From an uncultured beta proteobacterium (GTDB lineage Bacteria; Pseudomonadota; Gammaproteobacteria; Burkholderiales; Usitatibacteraceae): a stretch of DNA of 64,000 bases. Shown in pieces: positions 1 through 9,248 of the stretch. Every line of letters starts with the position of its first letter. Within the stretch, counting starts at the first letter, position 1. A program made the translations under genes and the position numbers. The stretch spans positions 2,892-66,891 of the forward strand of contig CAWKGC010000021.1 in NCBI GenBank assembly GCA_963849005.1, written 5' to 3'. A model generated the notes under the pieces. It was not told the origin of the DNA and made no database searches. It saw only the letters and a program-made list of their open reading frames with translations.

Positions 1-337
1 GATGCTGGTGCGCAACGGGCTCACGCTCGACGACCTCGACGCGGTCGAGATCAACGAGGCCTTCGCGGCGCAGGTGCTGGGATGCCTCGCGGCTTGGGAG
101 AGCGATTCGTATTGCAGGGAGAAGCTCGGGCTCGCCGGCGCCTTCGGCAAGCTCGATCGCGCGAAGCTCAACGTCGATGGCGGCGCGATCGCGCTGGGCC
201 ATCCGATCGGCGCCTCGGGCGCGCGCGTCGTGCTGCACGTGCTGAAGGTGCTTGAGCGCACCGGCGGAAAGCGCGGCGTGGCCTCGCTTTGCATTGGCGG
301 CGGGCAGGGTGGCGCCATGCTGGTCGAGCGCGCCTGA
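1..337 (+). CDS. thiolase (acetyl-CoA C-acyltransferase), C-terminal fragment; 5' end lies outside the window
   Basis: Frame 2..337 ends NVDGGAIALGHPIGASGARVV...CIGGGQGGAMLVERA*, the conserved thiolase C-terminal catalytic region. Confidence 0.9.
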   Translation, partial: MLVRNGLTLDDLDAVEINEAFAAQVLGCLAAWESDSYCREKLGLAGAFGKLDRAKLNVDGGAIALGHPIGASGARVVLHVLKVLERTGGKRGVASLCIGGGQGGAMLVERA

Positions 338-429
338 CCAAGTGGCCCGGGGGTTCCTGCGCAAGCGGCACATCCGGCTCTCCGACGCCGGCTGAGGACA
401 ACCGAGAAGAAGCATCGACCGGGGGCGCA

Positions 430-2442
430 ATGGACTTCAAGCACTGGAAACTCGAGATCGACGCGGGAAACCTCGCGTGGCTCACCTTCGACCGCGCGGG
501 CAGCGCGACCAACACGTTCTCCAGCGAGGCGCTGCGCGAACTCGGGACGATCGCCGACCACCTGAAGGCGATGCCGCCCAAGGGGCTCGCCATCCTCTCG
601 GCCAAGGAGAACGGCTTCGCCGCCGGCGCCGACATCGAGGAATTCACCACGCTGAAGGGCCCGGAAGAGGCGATGGCCTACACCACGCTCGGCAACGAGG
701 TGTTCGACAAGGTCGCGGGACTGCCCTTTCCGACGCTGGCGATGATCCACGGCTTCTGCATGGGCGGCGGCACCGAACTCGCGCTCGCCTGCCGCTATCG
801 CATCATGGACGACGGGCCGAAAACGCGCATGGCGCTGCCGGAAGTGATGATCGGCATCGTCCCGGGATGGGGCGGCGCCATGCGCATGCCGCCGCTCATC
901 GGCGCGGCCGCGGCGCTCGACCTCATGCTCACCGGCCGTGGCGTCGATGGCCGCAAGGCGAAGAACCTCGGCCTCGTCGACGCGTTGACGCAGCGCCGGC
1001 ATTTCCCGAATGCGGTGCGGATGTTCCTCGCCAATCCGCCCGCGCCGCATTCCCCGCCGCTCAAGGCGGCGATCACCAACTGGCCGGTGATCCGCAACAT
1101 CGTCGCGTCGATGTCGCGCAAGCAGGTGGGCAAGCGCGTGCGACGGGACCAGTATCCCGCGCCCTATGCCATCATCGACCTGTGGAAGGACTTCGGAGGC
1201 GACGTGCGCAACGTCCCCGCGGACCATCCGGCGTCGATGCTGAGCCTGTCCCGGCATCCGACGGCGGCCAACCTCATCCGCATCTTCACGCTGCAGGACC
1301 GCATGAAGGCGCTGGGCAAGGGCGAGAGCGGCGTCAAGCGCGTTCACGTCATCGGCGCGGGCGTGATGGGCGGCGACATTGCCGCATGGTGCGCGCTGCG
1401 CGGCCTCACCGTGACCTTGCAGGACGTGGCGCCGGATCGCATCGCGCCCGCCATCAAGCGCGCAGCCGGGATGTTCAGGAAGCGGCTCCGCCAGCCGCAT
1501 CTCGTCCAGGCCGCAATGGACCGCCTGATCCCGGATGTCGCGGGCAACGGTGTTGCGCACGCCGACCTCGTCATCGAGGCGATCGTCGAGAACGCCGAAA
1601 TCAAGCGCAAGGTCTACGCCGGCATCGAGCCGCGCATGAAGCCCTCGGCCATCCTCGCCACCAACACCTCGAGCATTCCGCTGCAAACGCTCTCCGCGGG
1701 ACTGGCGCGTCCCGAGCGCCTCGTCGGCCTTCACTTCTTCAACCCTGTGGCGCAGATGATGCTGGTGGAAATCGTCGAGGGGCCGCAGACCTCGCCCGCG
1801 GTGATGCAGGCGGCGCAGGCATTCGCCAAGCAGATCGACAAGCTGCCCCTGCCTTGCAAGTCGGCGCCGGGCTTCCTCGTGAACCGCATCCTTTCGCCCT
1901 ACCTGCACGAGGCGATGCTGATGCTGGACGAAGGCATCTCGCCCGAAGTGATCGACGCTGCAGCGAAGGACTTCGGCATGCCGATGGGGCCGATCGAGCT
2001 CGCCGACGTGGTCGGCCTCGACATCTGCGCCGCTGTCGGCCATGAACTCGGCAAGCCGGGGCAGGCGGTGCCGAAGAAGCTGCAGGCGCGGCTCGACGCG
2101 AAGCAGTTCGGCAAGAAAAGCGGGCAGGGCTTCTACACATGGGTGAAGGGCAAGCCGCGCAAATCCAGCGGCTCGGGCAGCGTGGACCTGAAGCCGCTGG
2201 CCGACCGCATGGTCTTGCCTGCGCTGAACGAGTCGGTGGCTTGCGTGCGCGAAGGCATCGTCGCCGACGCCGACTTATGCGATGCGGGCGTGATTTTCGG
2301 CACCGGTTTCGCGCCGCATCGCGGCGGCCCGATCCACACGATCGAGGCGCTCGGGCGGGACCATTTGCTGCGCGTCATGGCGGAACTGAAGGCGAAGCAC
2401 GGCGAGCGTTTCACGCCGGATGCCGGCTGGCAGGCGATTTGA
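430..2442 (+). CDS. multifunctional enoyl-CoA hydratase / 3-hydroxyacyl-CoA dehydrogenase (FadB/FadJ type; crotonase N-terminal, HAD C-terminal)
   Basis: In-frame ATG at 430 (MDFKHWKLEID) within ORF 289..2442. Crotonase motif GFAAGADIEEF comes first, then the NAD-binding VHVIGAGVMGGDIAAW. Follows a thiolase gene. Confidence 0.9.
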   Translation: MDFKHWKLEIDAGNLAWLTFDRAGSATNTFSSEALRELGTIADHLKAMPPKGLAILSAKENGFAAGADIEEFTTLKGPEEAMAYTTLGNEVFDKVAGLPFPTLAMIHGFCMGGGTELALACRYRIMDDGPKTRMALPEVMIGIVPGWGGAMRMPPLIGAAAALDLMLTGRGVDGRKAKNLGLVDALTQRRHFPNAVRMFLANPPAPHSPPLKAAITNWPVIRNIVASMSRKQVGKRVRRDQYPAPYAIIDLWKDFGGDVRNVPADHPASMLSLSRHPTAANLIRIFTLQDRMKALGKGESGVKRVHVIGAGVMGGDIAAWCALRGLTVTLQDVAPDRIAPAIKRAAGMFRKRLRQPHLVQAAMDRLIPDVAGNGVAHADLVIEAIVENAEIKRKVYAGIEPRMKPSAILATNTSSIPLQTLSAGLARPERLVGLHFFNPVAQMMLVEIVEGPQTSPAVMQAAQAFAKQIDKLPLPCKSAPGFLVNRILSPYLHEAMLMLDEGISPEVIDAAAKDFGMPMGPIELADVVGLDICAAVGHELGKPGQAVPKKLQARLDAKQFGKKSGQGFYTWVKGKPRKSSGSGSVDLKPLADRMVLPALNESVACVREGIVADADLCDAGVIFGTGFAPHRGGPIHTIEALGRDHLLRVMAELKAKHGERFTPDAGWQAI

Positions 2443-2454
2443 TTCGGACTGTTC

Positions 2455-2482
2455 GTCATTCCGGGCTTGACCCGGAATCCAG
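2455..2482. repeat. REP-like hairpin repeat, type A (GTCATTCCGGGCTTGACCCGGAATCCAG)
   Basis: 28-bp unit with internal palindrome CCGGG-CTTGA-CCCGG. Identical copy at 2541..2568 and an inverted interrupted copy at about 27826..27876. Confidence 0.85.
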
Positions 2483-2540
2483 TCGCACAAGGGCGAATCT
2501 ACCGCAGATGGGCGCCGATGGACGCCGATGCGGCTTCGCC

Positions 2541-2568
2541 GTCATTCCGGGCTTGACCCGGAATCCAG
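2541..2568. repeat. REP-like hairpin repeat, type A, second copy
   Basis: Exact repeat of 2455..2482. Followed by a short direct repeat, cgcagatgaa x2, at about 2590..2609. Confidence 0.85.
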
Positions 2569-2613
2569 AAAAGCAAGATCGATGGAACCGCAGATGAACG
2601 CAGATGAACGCGG

Positions 2614-3090
2614 ATGGATCTGGGCGTGAGGTCGGCGCTGGCGTTATGGCAGAGGTGCGAGAAACTGCCGTTCGGCAAATGGCTGTTCTCCCGGATCGTC
2701 TGCTGGAAGGCGCCGTACTTCGGCACGATCAGCCCGCGCTTCGAGGAGTTGCGTCCCGGGTTCGCGCGCGTGTCGATGAAGAAGCGCCGCGGCGTGCAGA
2801 ACCACATCGGCACGGTTCATGCGATAGCGATGTGCAACCTTGCCGAGCTTGCCGCGGGCACGATGACCGAGGTGTCGATTCCCGCCGCGATGCGCTGGCT
2901 GCCCAAGGGCATGCAGGTCGAGTACCTGAAGAAGGCCGAAAGCGGCGTCGAGGCGACCGCAACGCTTGCCGAAGTGGGCGAGGGACCGGGGCGTGAAGTT
3001 CCGGTCACCGTGGAGATCCGCGACGCCGCCGGCGTGATCGCCTGCCGGGCGGTGATCACGATGTGGGTCTCTCCGCGCAGGAAGGACTGA
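2614..3090 (+). CDS. hotdog-fold thioesterase-like protein (DUF4442/PaaI-like)
   Basis: 158-aa ORF. Sequence ...NHIGTVHAIAMCNLAELAAG...WLPKGMQVEYLKKA... resembles the DUF4442 hotdog family. Lies in an acyl-CoA metabolism context. Confidence 0.7.
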   Translation: MDLGVRSALALWQRCEKLPFGKWLFSRIVCWKAPYFGTISPRFEELRPGFARVSMKKRRGVQNHIGTVHAIAMCNLAELAAGTMTEVSIPAAMRWLPKGMQVEYLKKAESGVEATATLAEVGEGPGREVPVTVEIRDAAGVIACRAVITMWVSPRRKD

Positions 3091-3097
3091 GCGGCCG

Positions 3098-3952
3098 ATG
3101 GGCGAGCGCGGCAGCCTCACGCTGGCGGGCGAAGAGATCGCGGTAACGCGCTTCCCCGCCAGGGGCGAGGCGATCGCAACCGTGCTCATGCCGACGGCGA
3201 TGGGCGTGCGGCAGGATTTCTACGCGCCCTTCGCCAGGCACCTTGCCGAGGCGGGACTCCACGTCACGACATTCGATTGGCGCGGCATGGGCTGGTCCCG
3301 GCCCGCGAGCCTGCGCGGCTATCCGGTGCGCATCACCGACTGGGCGCGCGACGATCTCGACCGGATGCTCCACGAGGCGCGCAAGCCCGCGCCGCACCTG
3401 CCGCTGCTCTATGTCGGCCACAGCCTCGGCGGGCAACTTCTCGGGATCGCCCCGGGCAATGCGATGGTGAGCGCGATGCTCACCGTGAATGCCGGCAACG
3501 GCTGGTACAAGCTCAACCGCGCATCGCCGTGGCGGCTGCGCTTCTTCTGGTTCGCCGCAGTCCCGCTGCTCACGCCGCTGTTCGGTTATTTTCCCGGCAA
3601 GGCGCTGCGCATGGTGGGCGACCTGCCTTCCGGCGTCGCCTGGCAATGGCGGCGCTGGTGCACGAGCCCGCACTACATGGTGGACGACAAGGGCGTCCCG
3701 TTGCGCGAGGGATTCGAGCGGGTGCGGGTTCCCGTGCGAAGCTATTCCTTCAGCGATGACAGCCTGATCTCACGCGAAGCGATCGAGGACCTGCACTCGT
3801 GCTACAAGCATGCGCAGCTGGAACACCGGCACTTCTCGCCCGCCCAATTGTCGATCGAGCGCATCGGCCACTTCGGCTTCTTCGCGCAGCCCGGCCGGGA
3901 CACGCTTTGGGACGAGGCGCGCGGCTGGCTTGTCGACCGGGCGCGGGCATGA
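3098..3952 (+). CDS. alpha/beta-fold hydrolase
   Basis: 284-aa ORF with nucleophile elbow GHSLGG and a C-terminal ...IGHFGFF motif. Its stop overlaps the next start (ATGA at 3949-3952). Confidence 0.75.
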   Translation: MGERGSLTLAGEEIAVTRFPARGEAIATVLMPTAMGVRQDFYAPFARHLAEAGLHVTTFDWRGMGWSRPASLRGYPVRITDWARDDLDRMLHEARKPAPHLPLLYVGHSLGGQLLGIAPGNAMVSAMLTVNAGNGWYKLNRASPWRLRFFWFAAVPLLTPLFGYFPGKALRMVGDLPSGVAWQWRRWCTSPHYMVDDKGVPLREGFERVRVPVRSYSFSDDSLISREAIEDLHSCYKHAQLEHRHFSPAQLSIERIGHFGFFAQPGRDTLWDEARGWLVDRARA

Positions 3953-4470
3953 GCATCGAGATCCGCCCCGCGGGCGTGCTGGACATTTCCTCGATCGCGG
4001 CGATCTACGCCTATCACGTGCGCCACGGGCTCGCCTCCTTCGAGATCGAGCCGCCGGGCGAAGAGGAGGTTCGCAGGCGCTTCGACGCGATCCGGGACGG
4101 CGGCTTCCCCTATCTCGTGGCGACGGAAGACGGGAGCGTGATCGGCTACGCCTACGCCAGCCCTTACCGCGCCCGTCCCGGCTATCGCTATTCGCTCGAG
4201 GACTCGGTCTATATCGACGCCGCATCCGCGGGCCGCGGCATCGGACGCCGCCTGCTCGAGGCGCTGGTCGCCGCCTGCGAGCCGACCGGCTGCAGGCAAT
4301 TGGTCGCGGTGATCGGCGACAGCGCGAATCGCGCATCGATCGGGTTGCATGCGGCCTGCGGTTTCACGATCGTCGGCACGTTTCGCTCGATCGGCTTCAA
4401 GCACGGCCGCTGGGTGGACAGCGTGCTAATGCAAAGGGCGATCGGCGCGGGCGACTCGTCGCTGCCGTAA
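3949..4470 (+). CDS. GNAT N-acetyltransferase (phosphinothricin/methionine-sulfoximine acetyltransferase-like)
   Basis: In-frame ATG at 3949 (MSIEIRPAG...). Acetyl-CoA motif RGIGRRLLEAL and C-terminal FKHGRWVDSVLMQ are typical of the PAT subfamily. Confidence 0.8.
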   Translation: MSIEIRPAGVLDISSIAAIYAYHVRHGLASFEIEPPGEEEVRRRFDAIRDGGFPYLVATEDGSVIGYAYASPYRARPGYRYSLEDSVYIDAASAGRGIGRRLLEALVAACEPTGCRQLVAVIGDSANRASIGLHAACGFTIVGTFRSIGFKHGRWVDSVLMQRAIGAGDSSLP

Positions 4471-4572
4471 GCCAGAAGCCCCGGCGCCCGTCAATCTTTG
4501 ACCGGTCGGGCCCGACCCGCTAGGCTTGCCGAATCGTCCGCAAAAACAGTCCGCAAGCGCAGGAGCCGCAGT

Positions 4573-6378
4573 TTGCCTTCCCCCCGCCAGCAGCCCGTCC
4601 CCCTCACCGGTTCGCAGTCCATAGCCGAAGTCTTCGCGTCGCGCATCGCGCTTTCACCGGAAGCGATCGCTTACCGGGATTTCGACCCGCGCATGAAGGG
4701 CTGGAATTCGCACACTTGGCGCGCGATGGCGGCGCTCGTGGGCCGGGTACGCGGTGCCCTGGTGCGCGAGGGCCTCGGCCGAGGCGACCGCGCGGCGATC
4801 ATGCTGAAGAACAGCAAGGAGTGGATCGCCTTCGACCAGGGCGCCTTCGCCGAAGGGCTGGTCACCGTCCCGCTGTTCGTCGACGACCGCCCGGACAACG
4901 TCGCCTATATCCTCAACGACGCCGGCGTGAAGCTCCTTTTCGTCGAGGGCGAAGAGCACCTCAGGCGGCTGAAGCCCGTGGCGGGCCAGATCCCCGGCGT
5001 GAAGCGCATCGTCACGGTGAGAGAGGTGGAAAAAGGCGAGGACCCGCGCGTGCAGGCGATGGCCGAATGGCTCGCCGACGAACCGGTGGCCACGCCGCCG
5101 GTGGCGGTCGAGGCGAAGTCGCTCGCCACCATCGTCTATACCTCGGGCACGACCGGCAGGCCGAAGGGCGTGATGCTCTCCCACGACAACATCCTGTCCA
5201 ACGTGAAGTCGTGCCTTGGCGCCTACGACGTGTACACCGACGACGTTTTCCTTTCCTTCCTGCCGATGTCGCATATGTTCGAGCGCACCGTCGGGTACTA
5301 CCTGACGATGGTCACCGGCTCGACGGTGGCGATCGCGCGCTCGATCCCGCAGCTCTCCGAGGATTTCAAGAGCGTGCGCCCGACCATCATCGTCTCGGTG
5401 CCGCGCATCTTCGAGCGGCTGAACGCCGCGGTGCGAAACCAGTTGAAGGACGCGAGCCCCAGGAAGCGGCAGCTCTTCGAGTTCACGCACGGCGTGGGAT
5501 GGCGTCTGTTCCTGTGGCGCCAGGGCCGCGGCGCATGGGACGCCACGTTCCTGCTCTGGCCGCTGCTGAAGGCGCTGGTCGCCAACAAGCTGCTCGCGCG
5601 CTTCGGCGGGCGCTTGCGGCTTTGCATCAGCGGCGGCGCGGCGCTCAACCCGCAGATCGCCCATACCTTCATCGGCCTGGGCCTGCCGATCTGCCAGGGC
5701 TACGGGCTGACCGAGGCCTCCCCCGTGGTCTCGGTGAACCGGCTCGACCGCAACGACCCGGTGAGCATCGGCGCGGTGCTGCCCGGCATCGAGATCGCGT
5801 TCGGCGAGAACGACGTGCTGCTGGTGAAGGGCCCGAACGTGATGATGGGCTACTGGAACAATCCCGAGGCCACGGCGAAAGCGATCGATGCGGCAGGCTG
5901 GCTTGACACCGGCGACCAGGCGACGCACGTGGACGGGATCATCCACATCACCGGGCGCATCAAGGAGATCATCGTCCTGGGCAACGGCGAGAAGGTGCCG
6001 CCCACGGACATGGAACTCGCGATCCAGCTCGACCCGCTGGTGGAGCAGGTGATGATCGTCGGGGAAGGCATGCCCTTCCTCGGCGCGCTGGTGGTGCTGA
6101 ACATGGACGAATGGTTCAAGGTCGCGCAGCTGAACGGCCTTGTCGCCGACCCCAACGGCGAGAACAGGGACCGCGCGGAAAAGCTGGTCGTCGCCCGCAT
6201 CGCCGGGCACGTGAAGGAATTTCCCGGCTACGCGCAGGTTCGCCGCGTGGCATTGTTCACCGAGGCCTGGACGGTGGACAACGGCATGCTCACGCCGACG
6301 CTCAAGCTCAAGCGCAACGTCATCCTCGAGCGTTCCAGGGACCGCATCGCCGTGATGTACCGCGGCCACGTCGAATAG
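4573..6378 (+). CDS. long-chain fatty-acid--CoA ligase (AMP-dependent synthetase)
   Basis: AMP-binding motif YTSGTTGRPKGV, plus GYGLTE and TGD...G.I.ITGR. The ORF opens at 4498 (TTG). I prefer TTG 4573 because AGGAG lies 7 nt upstream, but the start is uncertain. Confidence 0.85.
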   Translation: MPSPRQQPVPLTGSQSIAEVFASRIALSPEAIAYRDFDPRMKGWNSHTWRAMAALVGRVRGALVREGLGRGDRAAIMLKNSKEWIAFDQGAFAEGLVTVPLFVDDRPDNVAYILNDAGVKLLFVEGEEHLRRLKPVAGQIPGVKRIVTVREVEKGEDPRVQAMAEWLADEPVATPPVAVEAKSLATIVYTSGTTGRPKGVMLSHDNILSNVKSCLGAYDVYTDDVFLSFLPMSHMFERTVGYYLTMVTGSTVAIARSIPQLSEDFKSVRPTIIVSVPRIFERLNAAVRNQLKDASPRKRQLFEFTHGVGWRLFLWRQGRGAWDATFLLWPLLKALVANKLLARFGGRLRLCISGGAALNPQIAHTFIGLGLPICQGYGLTEASPVVSVNRLDRNDPVSIGAVLPGIEIAFGENDVLLVKGPNVMMGYWNNPEATAKAIDAAGWLDTGDQATHVDGIIHITGRIKEIIVLGNGEKVPPTDMELAIQLDPLVEQVMIVGEGMPFLGALVVLNMDEWFKVAQLNGLVADPNGENRDRAEKLVVARIAGHVKEFPGYAQVRRVALFTEAWTVDNGMLTPTLKLKRNVILERSRDRIAVMYRGHVE

Positions 6379-6416
6379 AAGTCGGTTAGACTCCCAACGC
6401 CCGCCCGGTCTCCCTC

Positions 6417-6821
6417 ATGACTCTCAAGCTCCCCGAGAATGAACAGCCGATGCTGCGCATCATCCCGATGCCGGCGGACACCAATGCCCACGGCACGATC
6501 TTCGGCGGGTGGGTGATGGCGCAGGTCGACCTTGCCGGCAGCGTCCCCGCGGTCGAGCGCGCGCAGGGGCCGGTGGTCACCGTCGCCGTGAACTCGTTCC
6601 GCTTCCGTGAGCCGGTCTTCGTCGGCGACCTCGTGAGTTTCTATGCGCGCGTGGTGAAGGTCGGTCACACATCGGTGACGGTGGACGTCGAGGTGTACGC
6701 GCAACGCGGCCGCGACGGGCGCGGCGAGGCGGTGAAGGTCACCGAGGCCCAGCTCACCTACGTGGCGATCGACCAGGATCGCAAGCCCCGTCCTGTTCCC
6801 GGTGGCATGGTCGAGGCCTGA
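6417..6821 (+). CDS. acyl-CoA thioesterase (YciA-like hotdog)
   Basis: 134 aa. MPADTNAHGTIFGGWVMAQVDLAG is the YciA/acyl-CoA hydrolase signature. Confidence 0.85.
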   Translation: MTLKLPENEQPMLRIIPMPADTNAHGTIFGGWVMAQVDLAGSVPAVERAQGPVVTVAVNSFRFREPVFVGDLVSFYARVVKVGHTSVTVDVEVYAQRGRDGRGEAVKVTEAQLTYVAIDQDRKPRPVPGGMVEA

Positions 6822-6867
6822 CTATCAGGCAAAACGCTTTCCCTGAGTCTTTCGCGAGGTATTCGCC

Positions 6868-9234
6868 TTGGCCAACCTGCTGATAAGAAAAGCCGCGGTG
6901 CTGGGCGCGGGGGTGATGGGCGCGCAGATCGCGGCGCACCTTGCCAACGCGGGCGTGCAACCGATCCTCTTCGAGCTGGCCGCCGACGGCAAGGACAAGA
7001 ACGCCGGCGTGAAGAAGGCGATCGAGGGACTCACGAAGCTGAACCCACCGCCGCTGGCAACGGCCGCGGTGCTCGCGAAGATCCAGCCCGCCAATTACGA
7101 CGAGCATCTCGCGTGGCTCGCGGAATGCGACCTCGTGATCGAGGCGATCAGCGAGCGCATGGACTGGAAGAAGGCGCTCTACGAAAAGGTCGCCCCGCAC
7201 CTGGCGCCGAATGCGATCTTCGCCTCCAACACCTCGGGCCTGTCGGTCACGGAACTTTCGCAGGTGATGCCCGAGGCCCTGCGCCACCGCTTCTGCGGCA
7301 TCCACTTCTTCAACCCGCCACGCTACATGCGGCTGGTCGAGGTCATTCCCGCCGCGGCGACCGACGCGAAGATCCTCGACGACCTCGAGACCTTCCTCAC
7401 CACCACGCTCGGAAAGAGCGTGATCCGCGCAAGGGACACGCCCAACTTCATCGCCAACCGCGTCGGCGGCTTCTCGATGCTGGCGACGATGCACCACACC
7501 GCCGCGTTCAAGCTCGGCTTCGACGAGGTCGATGCGCTCACGGGGCCCGCGATCGGGCGCGGCAAGAGCGCGACCTACCGCACCGCCGACATGGTCGGAC
7601 TCGACACGCTCGCGCACGTGACCCGGACGCTCACGGATTCGCTGCCGGACGACCCGTGGCATGCGTACTACAGGACGCCGGAATGGATGCAGGCACTCAT
7701 CGCCAAGGGCGCGCTGGGCAACAAGGCCGGGGGCGGCATCTACCTCAGGAAGGGCAAGGACATCCTCGTCCTCGACCCGGCGAAGCAGGACTATCGCGCA
7801 CAGGCGGCGGCGATCGCGGATGAAGTGCAGGCAATCCTGAAGATCCGCAACCCTGCGGAGCAGTTCGCCAGGCTGCGCGCGTCATCGCATCCGCAGGCGC
7901 AGTTCCTCTGGGCGATGTTCCGCGACGTATTCCACTACTGTGCAGTGCTGCTGGGCGACATCGCGGACAACGCGCGCGACCTCGACCTCGCGATGCGCTG
8001 GGGATACGGCTGGAAGACCGGGCCTTTCGAGACGTGGCAGGCCGCCGGATGGCAGCAGGTTGCGGGCTGGATCGCCGAGGACATCGCCGCGGGCAAGGCG
8101 TTGGCGAAGGTGCCGTTGCCGGCGTGGGTCACCGACGGCCGCACCGGCGTGCATGCGCCGGAAGGGTCGTACTCCGCCGAATCCGGGAAAGTGGTCGGGC
8201 GTTCTTCGCTTCCCGTCTATGCGCGCCAATTGTTTCCCGAGACCGTGCTGGGCGAGAAGCCTGCCGCGCGCGGCATCACCGTGTTCGAGGATGAAGGCGT
8301 GCGGATGTGGCACCAGGGCGATCGCATCGCCATCGTCTCCTTCAAGAGCAAGATGCATTCGCTCGGCCTCGAGGTGCTGCGAGGCCTGAACAAGGCGCTC
8401 GACATCGCGGAACGCGACTTCGATGCGCTGGTGATCTGGCATGAGGCGCCCTTCGCGGTCGGCGCCGACCTCAAGGCCGCGCTGGAGGCACTGAAGGCCG
8501 GCGAGTTCGAATCCTTCGAGGCCATGGTCGCGCTCTTCCAGCAGACCTCGATGCGGCTCAAGCACAGCCTCATCCCGACGGTGGCCGCCGTTGAAGGCAT
8601 GGCGCTCGGGGGCGGCTGCGAGTTCGTCATGCACGCGGCCCGCGCCGTGGTCGCGCTGGAGAGCTACATCGGCTTGGTCGAGGCAGGCGTGGGACTGCTG
8701 CCAGCGGGCGCCGGCCTCAAGGAATTCGCCATCCGCAGCGCCGCCTGGGCGAAGGGCGGCGACCTGTTCCCGGAACTCTCGCGCGTGTTCAGGCAGGTCG
8801 CGATGGGCGAGGTCTCGAAGAGCGCAGAGAACGCCCGCGAGATGGGCTATCTCAAGCCGGGCGACGTGGTGATCTTCCATCCCGGCGAACTGCTTTATGT
8901 CGCCAGGCAGCAGGCGCGCGCGATGGCCGAGTCCCGCTACCGCCCGCCGCTGGCAATGAACCAGATTCCCGTCGCCGGATACACCGGCATCGCAACCCTG
9001 AAGATGATGTTGATCAACATGAAAGAGGGCGGCTTCATTTCCGACCACGACTACGACATCTCGTGCCGCATTGCAGAGATCCTTTGCGGCGGCAATGTCG
9101 AGCCCGGCAGCCTCGTCGACGAGAAATGGCTGCTCGACCTCGAACGGCGCCACTTCGTCGAACTCGCGAAGACGGAGAAGACCCAGGCGCGGATCGAGCA
9201 CATGCTGATGACCGGCAAGCCCCTTCGGAACTAG
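6868..9234 (+). CDS. 3-hydroxyacyl-CoA dehydrogenase / enoyl-CoA hydratase fusion (HAD N-terminal, crotonase C-terminal; about 790-aa type)
   Basis: TTG start. N-terminal AAVLGAGVMGAQIAAHLA Rossmann motif, C-terminal GMALGGGCEFVMHA crotonase motif. This is the reverse of the domain order seen in 430..2442. Confidence 0.9.
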   Translation: MANLLIRKAAVLGAGVMGAQIAAHLANAGVQPILFELAADGKDKNAGVKKAIEGLTKLNPPPLATAAVLAKIQPANYDEHLAWLAECDLVIEAISERMDWKKALYEKVAPHLAPNAIFASNTSGLSVTELSQVMPEALRHRFCGIHFFNPPRYMRLVEVIPAAATDAKILDDLETFLTTTLGKSVIRARDTPNFIANRVGGFSMLATMHHTAAFKLGFDEVDALTGPAIGRGKSATYRTADMVGLDTLAHVTRTLTDSLPDDPWHAYYRTPEWMQALIAKGALGNKAGGGIYLRKGKDILVLDPAKQDYRAQAAAIADEVQAILKIRNPAEQFARLRASSHPQAQFLWAMFRDVFHYCAVLLGDIADNARDLDLAMRWGYGWKTGPFETWQAAGWQQVAGWIAEDIAAGKALAKVPLPAWVTDGRTGVHAPEGSYSAESGKVVGRSSLPVYARQLFPETVLGEKPAARGITVFEDEGVRMWHQGDRIAIVSFKSKMHSLGLEVLRGLNKALDIAERDFDALVIWHEAPFAVGADLKAALEALKAGEFESFEAMVALFQQTSMRLKHSLIPTVAAVEGMALGGGCEFVMHAARAVVALESYIGLVEAGVGLLPAGAGLKEFAIRSAAWAKGGDLFPELSRVFRQVAMGEVSKSAENAREMGYLKPGDVVIFHPGELLYVARQQARAMAESRYRPPLAMNQIPVAGYTGIATLKMMLINMKEGGFISDHDYDISCRIAEILCGGNVEPGSLVDEKWLLDLERRHFVELAKTEKTQARIEHMLMTGKPLRN

Positions 9235-9248
9235 CCCGGGAGACCACC